Below are positions 1 through 9,234 of a stretch of 64,000 nucleotides of DNA, in pieces. The DNA is from Candidatus Berkelbacteria bacterium (GTDB lineage Bacteria; Patescibacteriota; UBA1384; XYA2-FULL-43-10; CAINNR01): NCBI GenBank assembly GCA_037142675.1, contig JBAXAF010000004.1, forward strand, positions 326 to 64,325. The letters are read 5' to 3'. Numbering within the stretch: the stretch's first letter is position 1; each line of letters starts with the position of its first letter. The position numbers were made by a program, and so were the translations under genes. The notes under the pieces are model-generated. The model did no database searches. It saw nothing but the letters and a program-made list of their open reading frames with translations, and was not told the DNA's origin.

Positions 1-755
1 TGTAGGTCATCGCGGTGCGGACCTGATGTTGTTAGCCCGGCGGCAATATCAATTCCCCTTTTAGCATTTAATTTGGCTGCAAAATCCCCTTCAGCTTTGG
101 CGTGATAAATTAGGTCAATCAGAGAATTTTTCTGGCCGGAAATTGTTTGATAAAAACCAGAAATCAAGCCAGCAAAATCTTCTACCGCCGCCTTTCTACT
201 GTTGGTGATAATTTCGGCTGTGGTTACCATTTCCGCATCCCAAAAATCAAGCTGATCCTCGGCAGCCCGCCCATCAGCGATCAACTTCAAAAGATTGTTT
301 CTTTGGGACAGAATCTTTTTGTAGTCCTGCAGCGCACGTAAATATTTATGATCTTTTTGCGATATAACAATATCTAAAAAACGTCGTCGCTCCTTTGGGT
401 CCCCTATTATTATTTCTAAACTCTCGGGCGAAAAGACAACTGATGGTAGGAGCCCAACAAAATCAGCAACCTTGCGCTTAATACCCCTTTCCTTAACCTG
501 AAAAACCAACCTCGGGGTTCGCTGAATAAAAATTTCGAGATCATCGCCAACAATTCTTGCGTAATCATTGTCAAATTTTATCATTTCGAGTCGGTTGTCA
601 CCACGGAAAGAACGGCACGAGGACAACGCCCCAATTGATTCCAAAATATTGGTCTTCCCTATCCCGTTTTTACCAATTAAAACAGTAATCTCCGATAATT
701 CGAGTTCAAAATTGGAGTGATTGCGATAATTTGTAAGAGACAAATGCTTAAGCAT
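1..755 (-). CDS. recF: DNA replication/repair protein RecF (5' part; runs off the window)
   Basis: Minus-strand translation MLKHLSLTNYRNHSNFELE...GKNGIGKTNILE (Walker A)...GPHRDD; truncated, so absent from the ORF track. Confidence 0.85.
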   Translation of the reverse strand, partial: MLKHLSLTNYRNHSNFELELSEITVLIGKNGIGKTNILESIGALSSCRSFRGDNRLEMIKFDNDYARIVGDDLEIFIQRTPRLVFQVKERGIKRKVADFVGLLPSVVFSPESLEIIIGDPKERRRFLDIVISQKDHKYLRALQDYKKILSQRNNLLKLIADGRAAEDQLDFWDAEMVTTAEIITNSRKAAVEDFAGLISGFYQTISGQKNSLIDLIYHAKAEGDFAAKLNAKRGIDIAAGLTTSGPHRDDL

Positions 756-774
756 AATATACAAAATCCTAAAT

Positions 775-860
775 TCTAATATTTAAACTCTAGACAATTT
801 TCAAAATTCAAATTTCTTAATGTTTTAAACATTTGAACATTTGGTAATTAGAACTTGTTT
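775..860. repeat. AT-rich palindromic intergenic repeat (family member)
   Basis: ctaaattctaa...ttttcaaaattcaaatttcttaatgttttaaacatttgaacatttgg...tttagg; same family as 12095-12205 and 20583-20690. Confidence 0.55.
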
Positions 861-890
861 AGGGTTTCGAATTTCGTGTTTAGAGTTTTT

Positions 891-1997
891 TTACTCTTCG
901 ACGCGGAGTGGCATAATAATATAAACGAAATCCTTAGACTTTTCAGGCCGAATTACGCCAGCCGAGAACCTATCATTGACCTCGAATACCAGCTTCTTAT
1001 CAGGCAAAACCTGCAAAATGTCACCGATATATTTAGCGTTAAATGTTATTTCCTCTGAGTCAACTGACACTGTTGCTGGAACTTTAGAGATATTGTCCCC
1101 CACCTGATCTGCAACTGATGTTATTGTGACTTCTGGCCCCTCAAAACGTATCTTAACGTTATTGCCACCTTGGCGCGCAAATAGCGATGCCATTTTGATT
1201 GCCGATGAAAACTCTTTAACCTCAATCTCTGCCGCCGACTTAAAGGCAGAAGGAATAATTTGTTTATAGTTAGGGAAAGAGCCCTCAATAAGCCTTGAAA
1301 CAACCTGAGTATCCCCTATGGTAAACGAAACCTGGTTGTCAGTTGCAGAGATTCCAACTTTTTCCAATCCTGAAGCAGCGGCGGTAATGCGTAAAATTTC
1401 CTGCATTGTTCTGGCTGGAACTATAAATTCTTTTTCGACATCTGACCCTGGTATACTAATTTTCTTTTCCGCCAATCGATAGCTATCGGTGGCGACTAGA
1501 TATAGAAAATCCTTTTCAAATTTAAAGTAAATGCCAGACAAAACGGGTCTAGTATCGTCTGTGGCGCAGGCGACTACAACCTCGGAGATTGCTTGCGTAA
1601 AATCTCCGGTGGCAAGATCAATTAATGAATCTTTAGAGATGTCGGGTAAAACGGGATATTCAGAGGAATCAATTCCTTTAATATTAGCCTCATACCTGGC
1701 ACTCTTCAGGTGCATAGTGGTCGCTTTTGATTCCAGATCCAAGCTTTCATCTGAGTTGGCGGCAATGAAGTCTGATATTAACCTGGCTGGAACAGTTAGC
1801 GCGCCCTCCTCGTCAACCTTAGCACCAATGGAGGTTGTCACACCAATCTCAAGGTCGGTGGCCGATAATTTTAATTGCCCATCCTTAGCCTCTAAGTAGA
1901 TATTCGACAAAACAGGCAAAGTTGTCCGGGTCCCAACGATTCTAGAAACGATTGAAAGGCCCTTGTTTAGGTTGGCCTGCGTACATGATATTTTCAT
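891..1997 (-). CDS. dnaN: DNA polymerase III beta sliding clamp
   Basis: 368 aa, MKISCTQANLNKGLSIVSRIV...; canonical position between recF and dnaA. Confidence 0.92.
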   Translation of the reverse strand: MKISCTQANLNKGLSIVSRIVGTRTTLPVLSNIYLEAKDGQLKLSATDLEIGVTTSIGAKVDEEGALTVPARLISDFIAANSDESLDLESKATTMHLKSARYEANIKGIDSSEYPVLPDISKDSLIDLATGDFTQAISEVVVACATDDTRPVLSGIYFKFEKDFLYLVATDSYRLAEKKISIPGSDVEKEFIVPARTMQEILRITAAASGLEKVGISATDNQVSFTIGDTQVVSRLIEGSFPNYKQIIPSAFKSAAEIEVKEFSSAIKMASLFARQGGNNVKIRFEGPEVTITSVADQVGDNISKVPATVSVDSEEITFNAKYIGDILQVLPDKKLVFEVNDRFSAGVIRPEKSKDFVYIIMPLRVEE

Positions 1998-2099
1998 ATT
2001 TCTCCTTAGATTTAACAGACTAAATATTTAAGATAAAAATTTAATAAATTTGTTTTAGTTTTTGTTTTAAATCACTAAATTTTTGTCTATTATTTGACC

Positions 2100-2430
2100 C
2101 ATCCTGTGAATAACTTTTGGTTCAAATTACAACTGATTTCCTTCTCAAAACCGTCTAAATTATTGGCACTTATCCACAGCCCTGTTGATAACTTCTGGGC
2201 TTTTCCACAGGATTGTAATTTGAACCGTTTTTCATTATTGATGGTGCAGAAGTTATCCACAACATACCAGGTAATTCACAGGTTTATCCACTTTTTTATT
2301 AACAGGTTGTTCTACTAAATTACCTACTATTCTATATTGCTTATCTGGTTATCCCCATTATTCACAGCCCTTATTATTATGATTGTTAGTTATTTAAAGT
2401 TTATAACTTATAAAGATGGGCTGTGAATAA
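2100..2430. promoter_or_regulatory. Candidate oriC: DnaA-box cluster plus AT-rich unwinding stretch
   Basis: TTATCCACA or 1-mismatch boxes at 2104, 2170, 2201, 2253, 2283, 2422; AT-rich 2360-2415; lies between dnaN and dnaA. Confidence 0.7.
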
Positions 2431-3816
2431 CTATTCGAATATCATCTCTTTAAGCATTTCAACCTCATCTTTAAATTGTTTGGAATTACCCATATCCTTA
2501 TTAACAGCCTTACAACCATGCATAATTGTAGTATGATCCTTCCCTCCTAATTCACGCCCAACCTCAGGAAAGGATAATCCAACAATATTATAAAGAATAT
2601 ACATTGCAACATGACGAGGTTTAATAACTTCCTTATTTCGTTTGGATGAGACTATATCATCAATTGATATGTTGTAGAATTTTTGTATAGTTTTTAAAAC
2701 TTTTTCAGCTGAAACAACCTGTCTTTTTGTGCTGTGTGAAACCTCGCTAGAGAGCAGTTTTTCAACAACGGCCATTGATGGTTTTTCATTAATAAGATCC
2801 ATGTGGGCAAAAAGTTTATTTAGAGTTCCTTCTAATTCACGAATGCTTGAACTAATATTTTTTGCAATAAATTCCAGAATTTCATTATCAATATTCTTTT
2901 TATGTTCCTGGCACTTCATTTTAAGTATAGCCAATCTCATTTCATAGTCCGGTAATTGAATATCAGCCACCATGCCCCACTCAAAGCGGCTAATCAAGCG
3001 TTTTTCCAATCCTTTAATCTCTTTCGGTGGACGATCAGAAGTAAGAATAATTTGTTTATTTTTCTGATGGAGGTGGTTAAAGGTGTGAAAAAATTCCTCT
3101 TTAGTACCTTCTTTATTGCCCAAAAACTGCACATCATCAACAATTAAAATATCAATATTGCGATAGCGATCTTTAAATTCCTTAGCCTTGCCGCCACGGA
3201 CAGAATCAATATAGTCATTGGTAAATGTTTCACAGGAGACATAAACCACTTTGGTTTTCGGTTTTTGACTAATGGCATAGTTTCCGATTGCTTGCGCCAA
3301 GTGAGTTTTCCCCAGGCCCGGATCGCCATAAATAAAGAGGGGATTATAACTTTTTCCCGGTTTCTGCGCCGATGCTTGAGCAGCAGCATTGGCCAACTGA
3401 TTTGATGAGCCGACTATAAAATTTTCAAAAGTGTAACTGTTCTTCAGGTAGCCATTTTCTTTGTTATCCACAGGCATCTCGTAGTCAGTATTTTCACTCG
3501 AGTTATCCACAGGCCTGTGAATAACTACTGGTACGTCGGTTGGTTTTTCGGCTTTTGTGGAAGTGGACGCGACTTTAAATTTTATCTCCTCAATAGGCTC
3601 CTTGAGCTGCTTTGTTAAAGCATTTTTGATTTCCTTAACATAATGTTTTCGAAGGTAGTCTTCGATAAAAAAAGATGGCACTCCGACTGTAAAAACGCCC
3701 TTTTTGAAGTCCAAAATAAACGTGCCGGCAAACCACGTTTGAAAGTTAGCTTTAGAAATTACCACCTCTAACTCCCCAAGAGCAACTGACCAGATTTTCT
3801 GTAGATCTTTCTCCAT
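2431..3816 (-). CDS. dnaA: Chromosomal replication initiator DnaA (native, low GC)
   Basis: Walker A GDPGLGKTHLAQAIGN; C-terminal DNA-binding domain; likely start MEKDLQKIW at 3816 rather than the ORF-track start; internal DnaA boxes at 3463 and 3503/3516 coincide with repeated PVDN codons. Confidence 0.93.
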   Translation of the reverse strand: MEKDLQKIWSVALGELEVVISKANFQTWFAGTFILDFKKGVFTVGVPSFFIEDYLRKHYVKEIKNALTKQLKEPIEEIKFKVASTSTKAEKPTDVPVVIHRPVDNSSENTDYEMPVDNKENGYLKNSYTFENFIVGSSNQLANAAAQASAQKPGKSYNPLFIYGDPGLGKTHLAQAIGNYAISQKPKTKVVYVSCETFTNDYIDSVRGGKAKEFKDRYRNIDILIVDDVQFLGNKEGTKEEFFHTFNHLHQKNKQIILTSDRPPKEIKGLEKRLISRFEWGMVADIQLPDYEMRLAILKMKCQEHKKNIDNEILEFIAKNISSSIRELEGTLNKLFAHMDLINEKPSMAVVEKLLSSEVSHSTKRQVVSAEKVLKTIQKFYNISIDDIVSSKRNKEVIKPRHVAMYILYNIVGLSFPEVGRELGGKDHTTIMHGCKAVNKDMGNSKQFKDEVEMLKEMIFE

Positions 3817-4040
3817 TTCGCTCCTCAAAATTACTGTACTAAAAACATAGCAAGTTATCCACAGGGGGTGCAAGCACCCCAACTAAAAACTAATAACTAA
3901 AAACTAATAACTAAAGAATTGGAGCGACTATTTTCATTATAATAGTTGATTTTCGCATACGCTTGTGTTACACTCTTTCAGTATCGAATAGATTCGAACT
4001 CCACAACTATTCGTTATTCACTATTAGTTATTCGTTATCA

Positions 4041-4178
4041 ATGAAGCGAACTTACCAACCAAACAATCGAAGACGACACAAAAACCACGGCTTTCTAACA
4101 AGAATGAAATCAGCCGATGGTGCTAATGTTATTGCAAGACGAAGAAAAAAGGGCCGCAAGAAATTAAGCGTAGCCTAA
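4041..4178 (+). CDS. rpmH: 50S ribosomal protein L34
   Basis: [45 protein letters not shown]. Confidence 0.93.
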   Translation: MKRTYQPNNRRRHKNHGFLTRMKSADGANVIARRRKKGRKKLSVA

Positions 4179-4193
4179 ATTAGCTAACAGCTG

Positions 4194-4232
4194 TCAGCTA
4201 TTAGCTTTCAAGAGCCGTAAGGCTCTTTTTTG
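4194..4232 (+). terminator. Intrinsic terminator after rpmH
   Basis: agagccgtaaggctct hairpin followed by tttttt. Confidence 0.7.
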
Positions 4233-4402
4233 TTTTGTTTGGTATAAAATATCCACAGCATGAAGCTGTGTTATTTTTTAACGCTTTGTTTCATTTCTGT
4301 TTCTACCAGAAATGTTACTATTGGTCGCTCAATCATGGGTGGGTAGTCATGACTTTCACTTTCTTGTTATAATCTAGAAAACAACTAACATTTGGAGGCA
4401 AT

Positions 4403-4597
4403 ATGCCAGGAATCGAAAGTGGTCAAGGTGTTTATGGTAGCGATGTTACTCGGGAAGAAAATAAAGATTGGGCAGCAGGCAAAGGGGCCGAAGCAAATGC
4501 AAATGCAAATGAGTTGGCTAAGGGGTTGGGCAGGGAGAATCCTATTGCTCCAGAAGGACCAACACAGGATGAAGAGAGGTTGGATAAAGTCGCCTAA
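4403..4597 (+). CDS. Small hydrophilic hypothetical protein (64 aa)
   Basis: RBS ggagg 7 nt upstream; terminator hairpin 4612-4640; Ala/Asn/Glu-rich low-complexity sequence. Confidence 0.45.
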   Translation: MPGIESGQGVYGSDVTREENKDWAAGKGAEANANANELAKGLGRENPIAPEGPTQDEERLDKVA

Positions 4598-4642
4598 ATT
4601 AATAAGAAAATCAAAACTGAGCTCACCGGAGCTCTTTTTTGA

Positions 4643-4671
4643 TTGACAAAGAATGCTAAATCGTATATATT
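4643..4671 (+). promoter_or_regulatory. Near-consensus sigma70 promoter (TTGACA-17-TATATT)
   Basis: ttgacaaagaatgctaaatcgtatatatt read directly. Confidence 0.6.
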
Positions 4672-4698
4672 CAACGCGCATTAACCGAGCTTATGTGA

Positions 4699-5304
4699 GT
4701 GAGGTGCAAGGCTGTGGATTACCGTACCGCCATAGGCGTAGCTGCTGGCGCGATGATTCTGGCCGGGTATGCTGTATATATCATCGGGATGTTGCGTTCG
4801 GAGGGTAGCCCCCGGCCGGTGACGTGGAGCATCTGGGCGCTAACGGACCTGGCTATTCTTGGCAGCTTCTTGGTCAGCGGAGCTCATAGTGTCGGATGGA
4901 TGCAGTTGGGCACGACCGCCGGAAATGTGGCGGTCACAATTCTTTCGATAAGACGGGGGTTGTTTAGAGTCGGGCGGATTGATGTGGCATGCTTTCTGCT
5001 TGCATTTGCTGCAATCACTGCCCTTGTGATGTTTCATGACCCCGCAGCCACGCTTCTCTTCGGGTTAGCTTCAAAAACAATAGGCTTCATCCCAACAGGA
5101 CTGAAGTTGTGGTTCGCGATGAAGAACTTCAGGGCAGGTGATAGGGAGTTCTGGCCAACGTGGACGCTCTGGGCTGCTGCGGACATGGCAAGCATCTTCG
5201 CGGTTCAACATTTTGTGTCCATTGAGACGCTGGTCCCTGTGCAGTATAGTGCTCAATGCCTTCTAGTGCTTTATCTGAACAGCAAGATCCCCAAGTCCCC
5301 GTGA
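4699..5304 (+). CDS. GC-rich integral membrane protein, hypothetical (cassette A)
   Basis: 201 aa, multiple hydrophobic helices; terminator cccgtgacaaacgggg plus T-run at 5297-5323. Confidence 0.6.
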   Translation: MRCKAVDYRTAIGVAAGAMILAGYAVYIIGMLRSEGSPRPVTWSIWALTDLAILGSFLVSGAHSVGWMQLGTTAGNVAVTILSIRRGLFRVGRIDVACFLLAFAAITALVMFHDPAATLLFGLASKTIGFIPTGLKLWFAMKNFRAGDREFWPTWTLWAAADMASIFAVQHFVSIETLVPVQYSAQCLLVLYLNSKIPKSP

Positions 5305-5334
5305 CAAACGGGGCTTTTTTTATTGACTCACGAT

Positions 5335-5362
5335 TGACAAAGTATATACTTTTTGCTATAAT
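5335..5362 (+). promoter_or_regulatory. Sigma70-like promoter (TTGACA-16-TATAAT)
   Basis: ttgacaaagtatatactttttgctataat. Confidence 0.6.
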
Positions 5363-5432
5363 GCTCGTACACAGTAACGCGTAAATAGGCCGGGCCTGGG
5401 GGCCATCACAATTCCCAGCAGAGGACATAGAA

Positions 5433-6044
5433 ATGCCCAAGAGTCTCCGCGTCGTTCTGGTGGTTGTTGTGATGGTCCTGGCTAGCATGGCTGCGCACGC
5501 TGACGGCACGCTGTTCCAGCGCTTGGACATGGCTCGGGGCGCCGGGCCTTCGTTGACCACCGCTTGGCTCGATTCCTCGGGCCTCGAGTTGTGGTCGTTC
5601 TGCCAGCCGGACTTCCCGATGTACGAGTTGGGCAAGCTCTGGCCGGTCAAGGCCGACGAGGGCGACACCTTGCTTCTGGGAGGGTATGTCAGTTGGTGGG
5701 ACAAGGTCGACCAAGTCTTCCTGGAACCGTTCTGGGTGTACAACCACCCGCTTGACGGCGACTGGAAGATGGAAACCGGAGGTGGGGCTTACGTCCCTCT
5801 GAACGGTGGGCCCTGGGTCTTCTATACGTCCCAGGTGGCTCTGTCTCACCACGTGAGCAAGAACGTGCGCGCCGGGATCGCTGCCACCAACTGGTGGCAG
5901 GAAGGTGTCGGCAACAGTATCGCCATCGGTCCGAAGCTGAAGATCAGCGCTGGAGACACGTCGTGGCTGCTGCGTTACACCTTCGGTGTAGCCGGTGGAG
6001 CGCCCGATACCGCCCGCGTCGAGCTCAGCATCAAGCTGGACTGA
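5433..6044 (+). CDS. GC-rich secreted protein with signal peptide, OMP-like beta-rich (cassette B)
   Basis: MPKSLRVVLVVVVMVLASMAAHADG signal peptide; alternating aromatic/Gly pattern; terminator 6075-6112. Confidence 0.6.
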   Translation: MPKSLRVVLVVVVMVLASMAAHADGTLFQRLDMARGAGPSLTTAWLDSSGLELWSFCQPDFPMYELGKLWPVKADEGDTLLLGGYVSWWDKVDQVFLEPFWVYNHPLDGDWKMETGGGAYVPLNGGPWVFYTSQVALSHHVSKNVRAGIAATNWWQEGVGNSIAIGPKLKISAGDTSWLLRYTFGVAGGAPDTARVELSIKLD

Positions 6045-6118
6045 TGCTGAACACTGAGCAATGAACGAGTACAAGCGTCTGGCCGACTTCTGGTCAGGCG
6101 CTTTTTTAATTCAAATAA

Positions 6119-6907
6119 TTATTTCAGGTGATCCCAAATAAAATAAAACACAGCTCGCCAAGAATCGGCGATGTTTTTGTTTTCGTGAATCGACATATTC
6201 GAGTTCTTGTAGTCAAAGAGGACAAAAAGGTTATTGAAAATAACTATTGGTGCGGGAAACTCCTCTTTGTTAGGCATGTATTTAAGATTCGCAGGAGGTA
6301 AATTAAATCTTTCGACAATATAAGGATTGCGGATGTGTTCTTCAGGCGTTTTTCCGCGCTGACTTTTAGGTAAGATAGCTAGAATATTTACATCAAGCTT
6401 TTCAGCGGGCCTAACAAATTGTTTGAGAATTGGGTTTGATTCTGAGACAGTTTTGTACGAGTTCCCAAATATTAATACTTTGTTAAGTGGGGGTTTAAGC
6501 TCGGCGAATAATTGATAAAGTCGATCATAAAACTTTGTTATTTCATCAATTCCTCGATAATACTCCGTAATAGTTTGGCTTGTCACTCGATTATACTGTT
6601 CATCTATTTTTGGCAGTATTGAGCTAAGTTCCTGCTTTTTATTTGCCAATATTGACTCAAAAACAGACGGATCGGCGGGTTGATAAAGCGTTCTCTTGCC
6701 CTGCTCAATTGACAAGAGTAGTTTTTTTGAGATCAATCGATCGACATAATAATAAACAGCAGTTCTCTCAACGCCAGCGTTACGAGCTATCTCTGAAAAC
6801 GTTGCTTTGCCAAGTTCAACGGACGACAAATAAACCAAGACCTCAATTCGTTCTAGGCCAAGAGCTATCAACGGTTCGATGTCTTTTGAAGTGTCAAAAT
6901 ATTTCAC
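6119..6907 (-). CDS. TrmB-family HTH transcriptional regulator (paralog 1)
   Basis: N-terminal wHTH LGLERIEVLVYLSSVELGKATFSEIARNAGVERTAVYYYVDRL; low GC. Confidence 0.8.
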   Translation of the reverse strand: MKYFDTSKDIEPLIALGLERIEVLVYLSSVELGKATFSEIARNAGVERTAVYYYVDRLISKKLLLSIEQGKRTLYQPADPSVFESILANKKQELSSILPKIDEQYNRVTSQTITEYYRGIDEITKFYDRLYQLFAELKPPLNKVLIFGNSYKTVSESNPILKQFVRPAEKLDVNILAILPKSQRGKTPEEHIRNPYIVERFNLPPANLKYMPNKEEFPAPIVIFNNLFVLFDYKNSNMSIHENKNIADSWRAVFYFIWDHLK

Positions 6908-6966
6908 ATATCTATTATATCAATACTCCAAAACATGTCAAATATTTGGCAATAGTGTCTAAAGCA

Positions 6967-6995
6967 TTGACTAAAATAAGAATAAATGATACAAT
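6967..6995 (+). promoter_or_regulatory. Consensus sigma70 promoter TTGACT-17-TACAAT
   Basis: ttgactaaaataagaataaatgatacaat. Confidence 0.65.
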
Positions 6996-7080
6996 TCGGC
7001 GTTATGCTGAAGTCTCGGATTTTGGCATAAGGCAAAAAACACAAGGCTGGTTTGGTGCCTAACCAAACGGAGATAAATAG

Positions 7081-7674
7081 ATGATTAAGTTTCGCAACGC
7101 TGTTCTGGTGATGGTTGTGCTGGCGGATGTTTGCTCGGGTGTGCTGGCGCAAAGCGCCTTCATCCGCACTGAGGGTGCAGATGGTAAGGCACCGATGCAA
7201 ACGTTTGCCGCATGGGACGATACGTACGAAATCTGGCTCCAATCGTTCAACACCGATAGCTTCACTATTAGGGGTGGACCGCTCCAGAAGCTAGACAACG
7301 GGATGAAGTTGTCTGAGTGTTTGGCATGGACACCCAAAACTGGCGCGCTGGCGGTTAATGTCAACACCGGCAATGCCACGGTCTGCCAGAAGAGCAAGAC
7401 GTTCTGGGAGCTGGGCGCATATGCTCCGTTGAACGACGCGTCGAGTTGGGCGCTGGTGCTGTACGACGCTCGCCTCCTTGCACGGCTAACGCCCGAGCTG
7501 GCAATTGGTCCAGTCGCCTACGGCAAGTGGAGCGAGGGCGCCGGAAACGACTTCCTCTCCGCTGGCGTCGCCGTTGAGTACCGTGTGAAGGGCGGCTGTT
7601 TCTACGGCCGCTTGGCACGGAATCTCGTGTCTGATAAGAACGAGTTCCGGCTTCAATACGCCTTTGGCTTCTAG
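7081..7674 (+). CDS. GC-rich secreted OMP-like beta-barrel protein ending in aromatic F (cassette C)
   Basis: Signal peptide MIKFRNAVLVMVVLADVCSGVLAQSAF; C-terminus ...LQYAFGF (OMP C-terminal signature); terminator 7693-7733. Confidence 0.6.
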   Translation: MIKFRNAVLVMVVLADVCSGVLAQSAFIRTEGADGKAPMQTFAAWDDTYEIWLQSFNTDSFTIRGGPLQKLDNGMKLSECLAWTPKTGALAVNVNTGNATVCQKSKTFWELGAYAPLNDASSWALVLYDARLLARLTPELAIGPVAYGKWSEGAGNDFLSAGVAVEYRVKGGCFYGRLARNLVSDKNEFRLQYAFGF

Positions 7675-7747
7675 CCAACACAAGAACATCAATGCAAGCG
7701 CTGGGCCTTCGGGTCTGGCGCCTTTTTTTGTCCAAATTATGTAACCC

Positions 7748-7776
7748 TTGACAAACAAATATCACTAGGTTATAAT
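7748..7776 (+). promoter_or_regulatory. Consensus sigma70 promoter TTGACA-17-TATAAT
   Basis: ttgacaaacaaatatcactaggttataat. Confidence 0.65.
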
Positions 7777-7993
7777 TGCTCTACTATGGAATTCATACAT
7801 ATACAATCCATGCTCGGATACAAAATCAACCCAACTTTTCGTTGGGCCACCTTTAGTTTGTCTAACCGAGCTGATTCCTCATTTCATTATATAACGTGAT
7901 TTTTTAGAACTCATATATAACTTGAAGAACGTCTTGGTTAGCTAGACCAAGGCGTTTTTGTTTTAGCTATGTTCGTACACAATTTGAAAGGAA
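7777..7993 (+). promoter_or_regulatory. Long structured 5' leader with terminator-like hairpin; candidate riboswitch/attenuator
   Basis: Hairpins cccaacttttcgttggg and gaacgtcttggttagctagaccaaggcg followed by tttttgtttt; RBS aggaag before ATG. Confidence 0.4.
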
Positions 7994-9190
7994 GTGAGAA
8001 AGATGGCAAAAAAGACCGTGAGGTATTACCTGTTGTTGTCGTTGCTCTACCGATTTTCCAATACCTGCTTTGCCGCGACCTATGTAACATTTCTAATGAG
8101 CAGGGGAGGACTAAACCTGTTTCAGGTTAATATGGTCAATTTCATCTTCTTTGCGACGATGTTTTTGACCGAAATCCCGACCGGCGCCGTGGCCGACTGT
8201 TTCGGTCGCAAGCTGTCTTTTCTTATCTCTTGCTCGATTAACTGTGTTTCGTTGCTGGTGTATGCCCTGTCGCACACCTTCACTGGCTTTGCCACCGCCG
8301 AGGCAATGGGCGCAGTTGGGTCAACATTCTCGTCAGGCGCATTTCAGGCCTGGGTGGTTGATTCTCTTAACCACCACGGCTACCAGGAGGACTTTGGCAA
8401 GCTGTTCGCTCGCCAAAACCAGTTGGGCAACTTGGTCGGTATGGGTGCCGCCATCATTGGTGCACACCTGGCAACTATAAACCCGGCTTTCCCTTGGTTT
8501 CTGTCGGCTGCGTTTGTCTTCGCCACTGGTGTTGTCGCAATCTTTGTTATGAGGGAGGACTACCGGGAAAAAAGCAGTATCAATTTGTTGGCGACAGCCA
8601 AAGAGTTCGGCCGCAAGTTTGTGGTTAGCGCCCAAACAATCCGTGCTGGTGGGCCAGTAACACTAATGATGTTACTTGGACTGGTCTATTCCATTGGAGT
8701 CCAAGCCCCCAACATGCAGTGGCAGCCGTATTTCCGTAAGCACTTCGCCTCGGAAGCTGAATTGGGTTATTTGTGGGCTGGTGTCTCATTGGCGATCATC
8801 ATTGGCTCACAAATGTCAGCCATGATGCGTCGTGGGCCTGCGTTCGAGCGACTAGCGTTGATAGGAACCCAGGTTTCTATTGGCCTATTCATCGCGCTAG
8901 CGGGGATACAGTCGCCGTGGATGTTATCTGTTTTGTTTTACCTCATCCACGAGGCTGGGCGTGGGATGTTTTCACCGCTTAAGGATGCGTATCTCAACGA
9001 TGCCATCCAAAAGGAGGAGCGGGCAACCCTACTTTCCTGTGGTTCAATCTCTAGCCACATCGGTTCAATGGTTGGGCTAGTGATGTCTGGTCTTATGGCC
9101 AACAGGCTCTCAATCGCTCCCACCTGGATAGTGTCAGGGATTTTCCTTGTCGTCGGGACACTCGCAGTGTCTCGAATCAAGCGCACATGA
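7994..9190 (+). CDS. MFS-family transporter (cassette D)
   Basis: 398 aa, about 12 TM helices; GRK motif in loop 2-3; terminator gcggtctgc...gcagaccgc plus T-run at 9195-9228. Confidence 0.75.
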   Translation: MRKMAKKTVRYYLLLSLLYRFSNTCFAATYVTFLMSRGGLNLFQVNMVNFIFFATMFLTEIPTGAVADCFGRKLSFLISCSINCVSLLVYALSHTFTGFATAEAMGAVGSTFSSGAFQAWVVDSLNHHGYQEDFGKLFARQNQLGNLVGMGAAIIGAHLATINPAFPWFLSAAFVFATGVVAIFVMREDYREKSSINLLATAKEFGRKFVVSAQTIRAGGPVTLMMLLGLVYSIGVQAPNMQWQPYFRKHFASEAELGYLWAGVSLAIIIGSQMSAMMRRGPAFERLALIGTQVSIGLFIALAGIQSPWMLSVLFYLIHEAGRGMFSPLKDAYLNDAIQKEERATLLSCGSISSHIGSMVGLVMSGLMANRLSIAPTWIVSGIFLVVGTLAVSRIKRT

Positions 9191-9234
9191 CTCAGGCGGT
9201 CTGCTCCTCGCAGACCGCTTTTTTTGTCCCAAAT

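Noticed and set aside
2094-2318. 74-aa ORF inside the dnaN-dnaA spacer
   Set aside because: It lies within the DnaA-box/AT-rich origin region, has no RBS and has low-complexity sequence.
5071-6074. Long antisense ORFs overlapping GC-rich cassettes (e.g. 5129-5743 and 5406-6074 minus; 7361-7765 minus; 15547-16134 plus; 17188-17643 plus)
   Set aside because: Stop-codon-poor reading frames are expected opposite GC-rich genes. They lack RBS/promoter context and the sense-strand genes have clear signal peptides, promoters and terminators.
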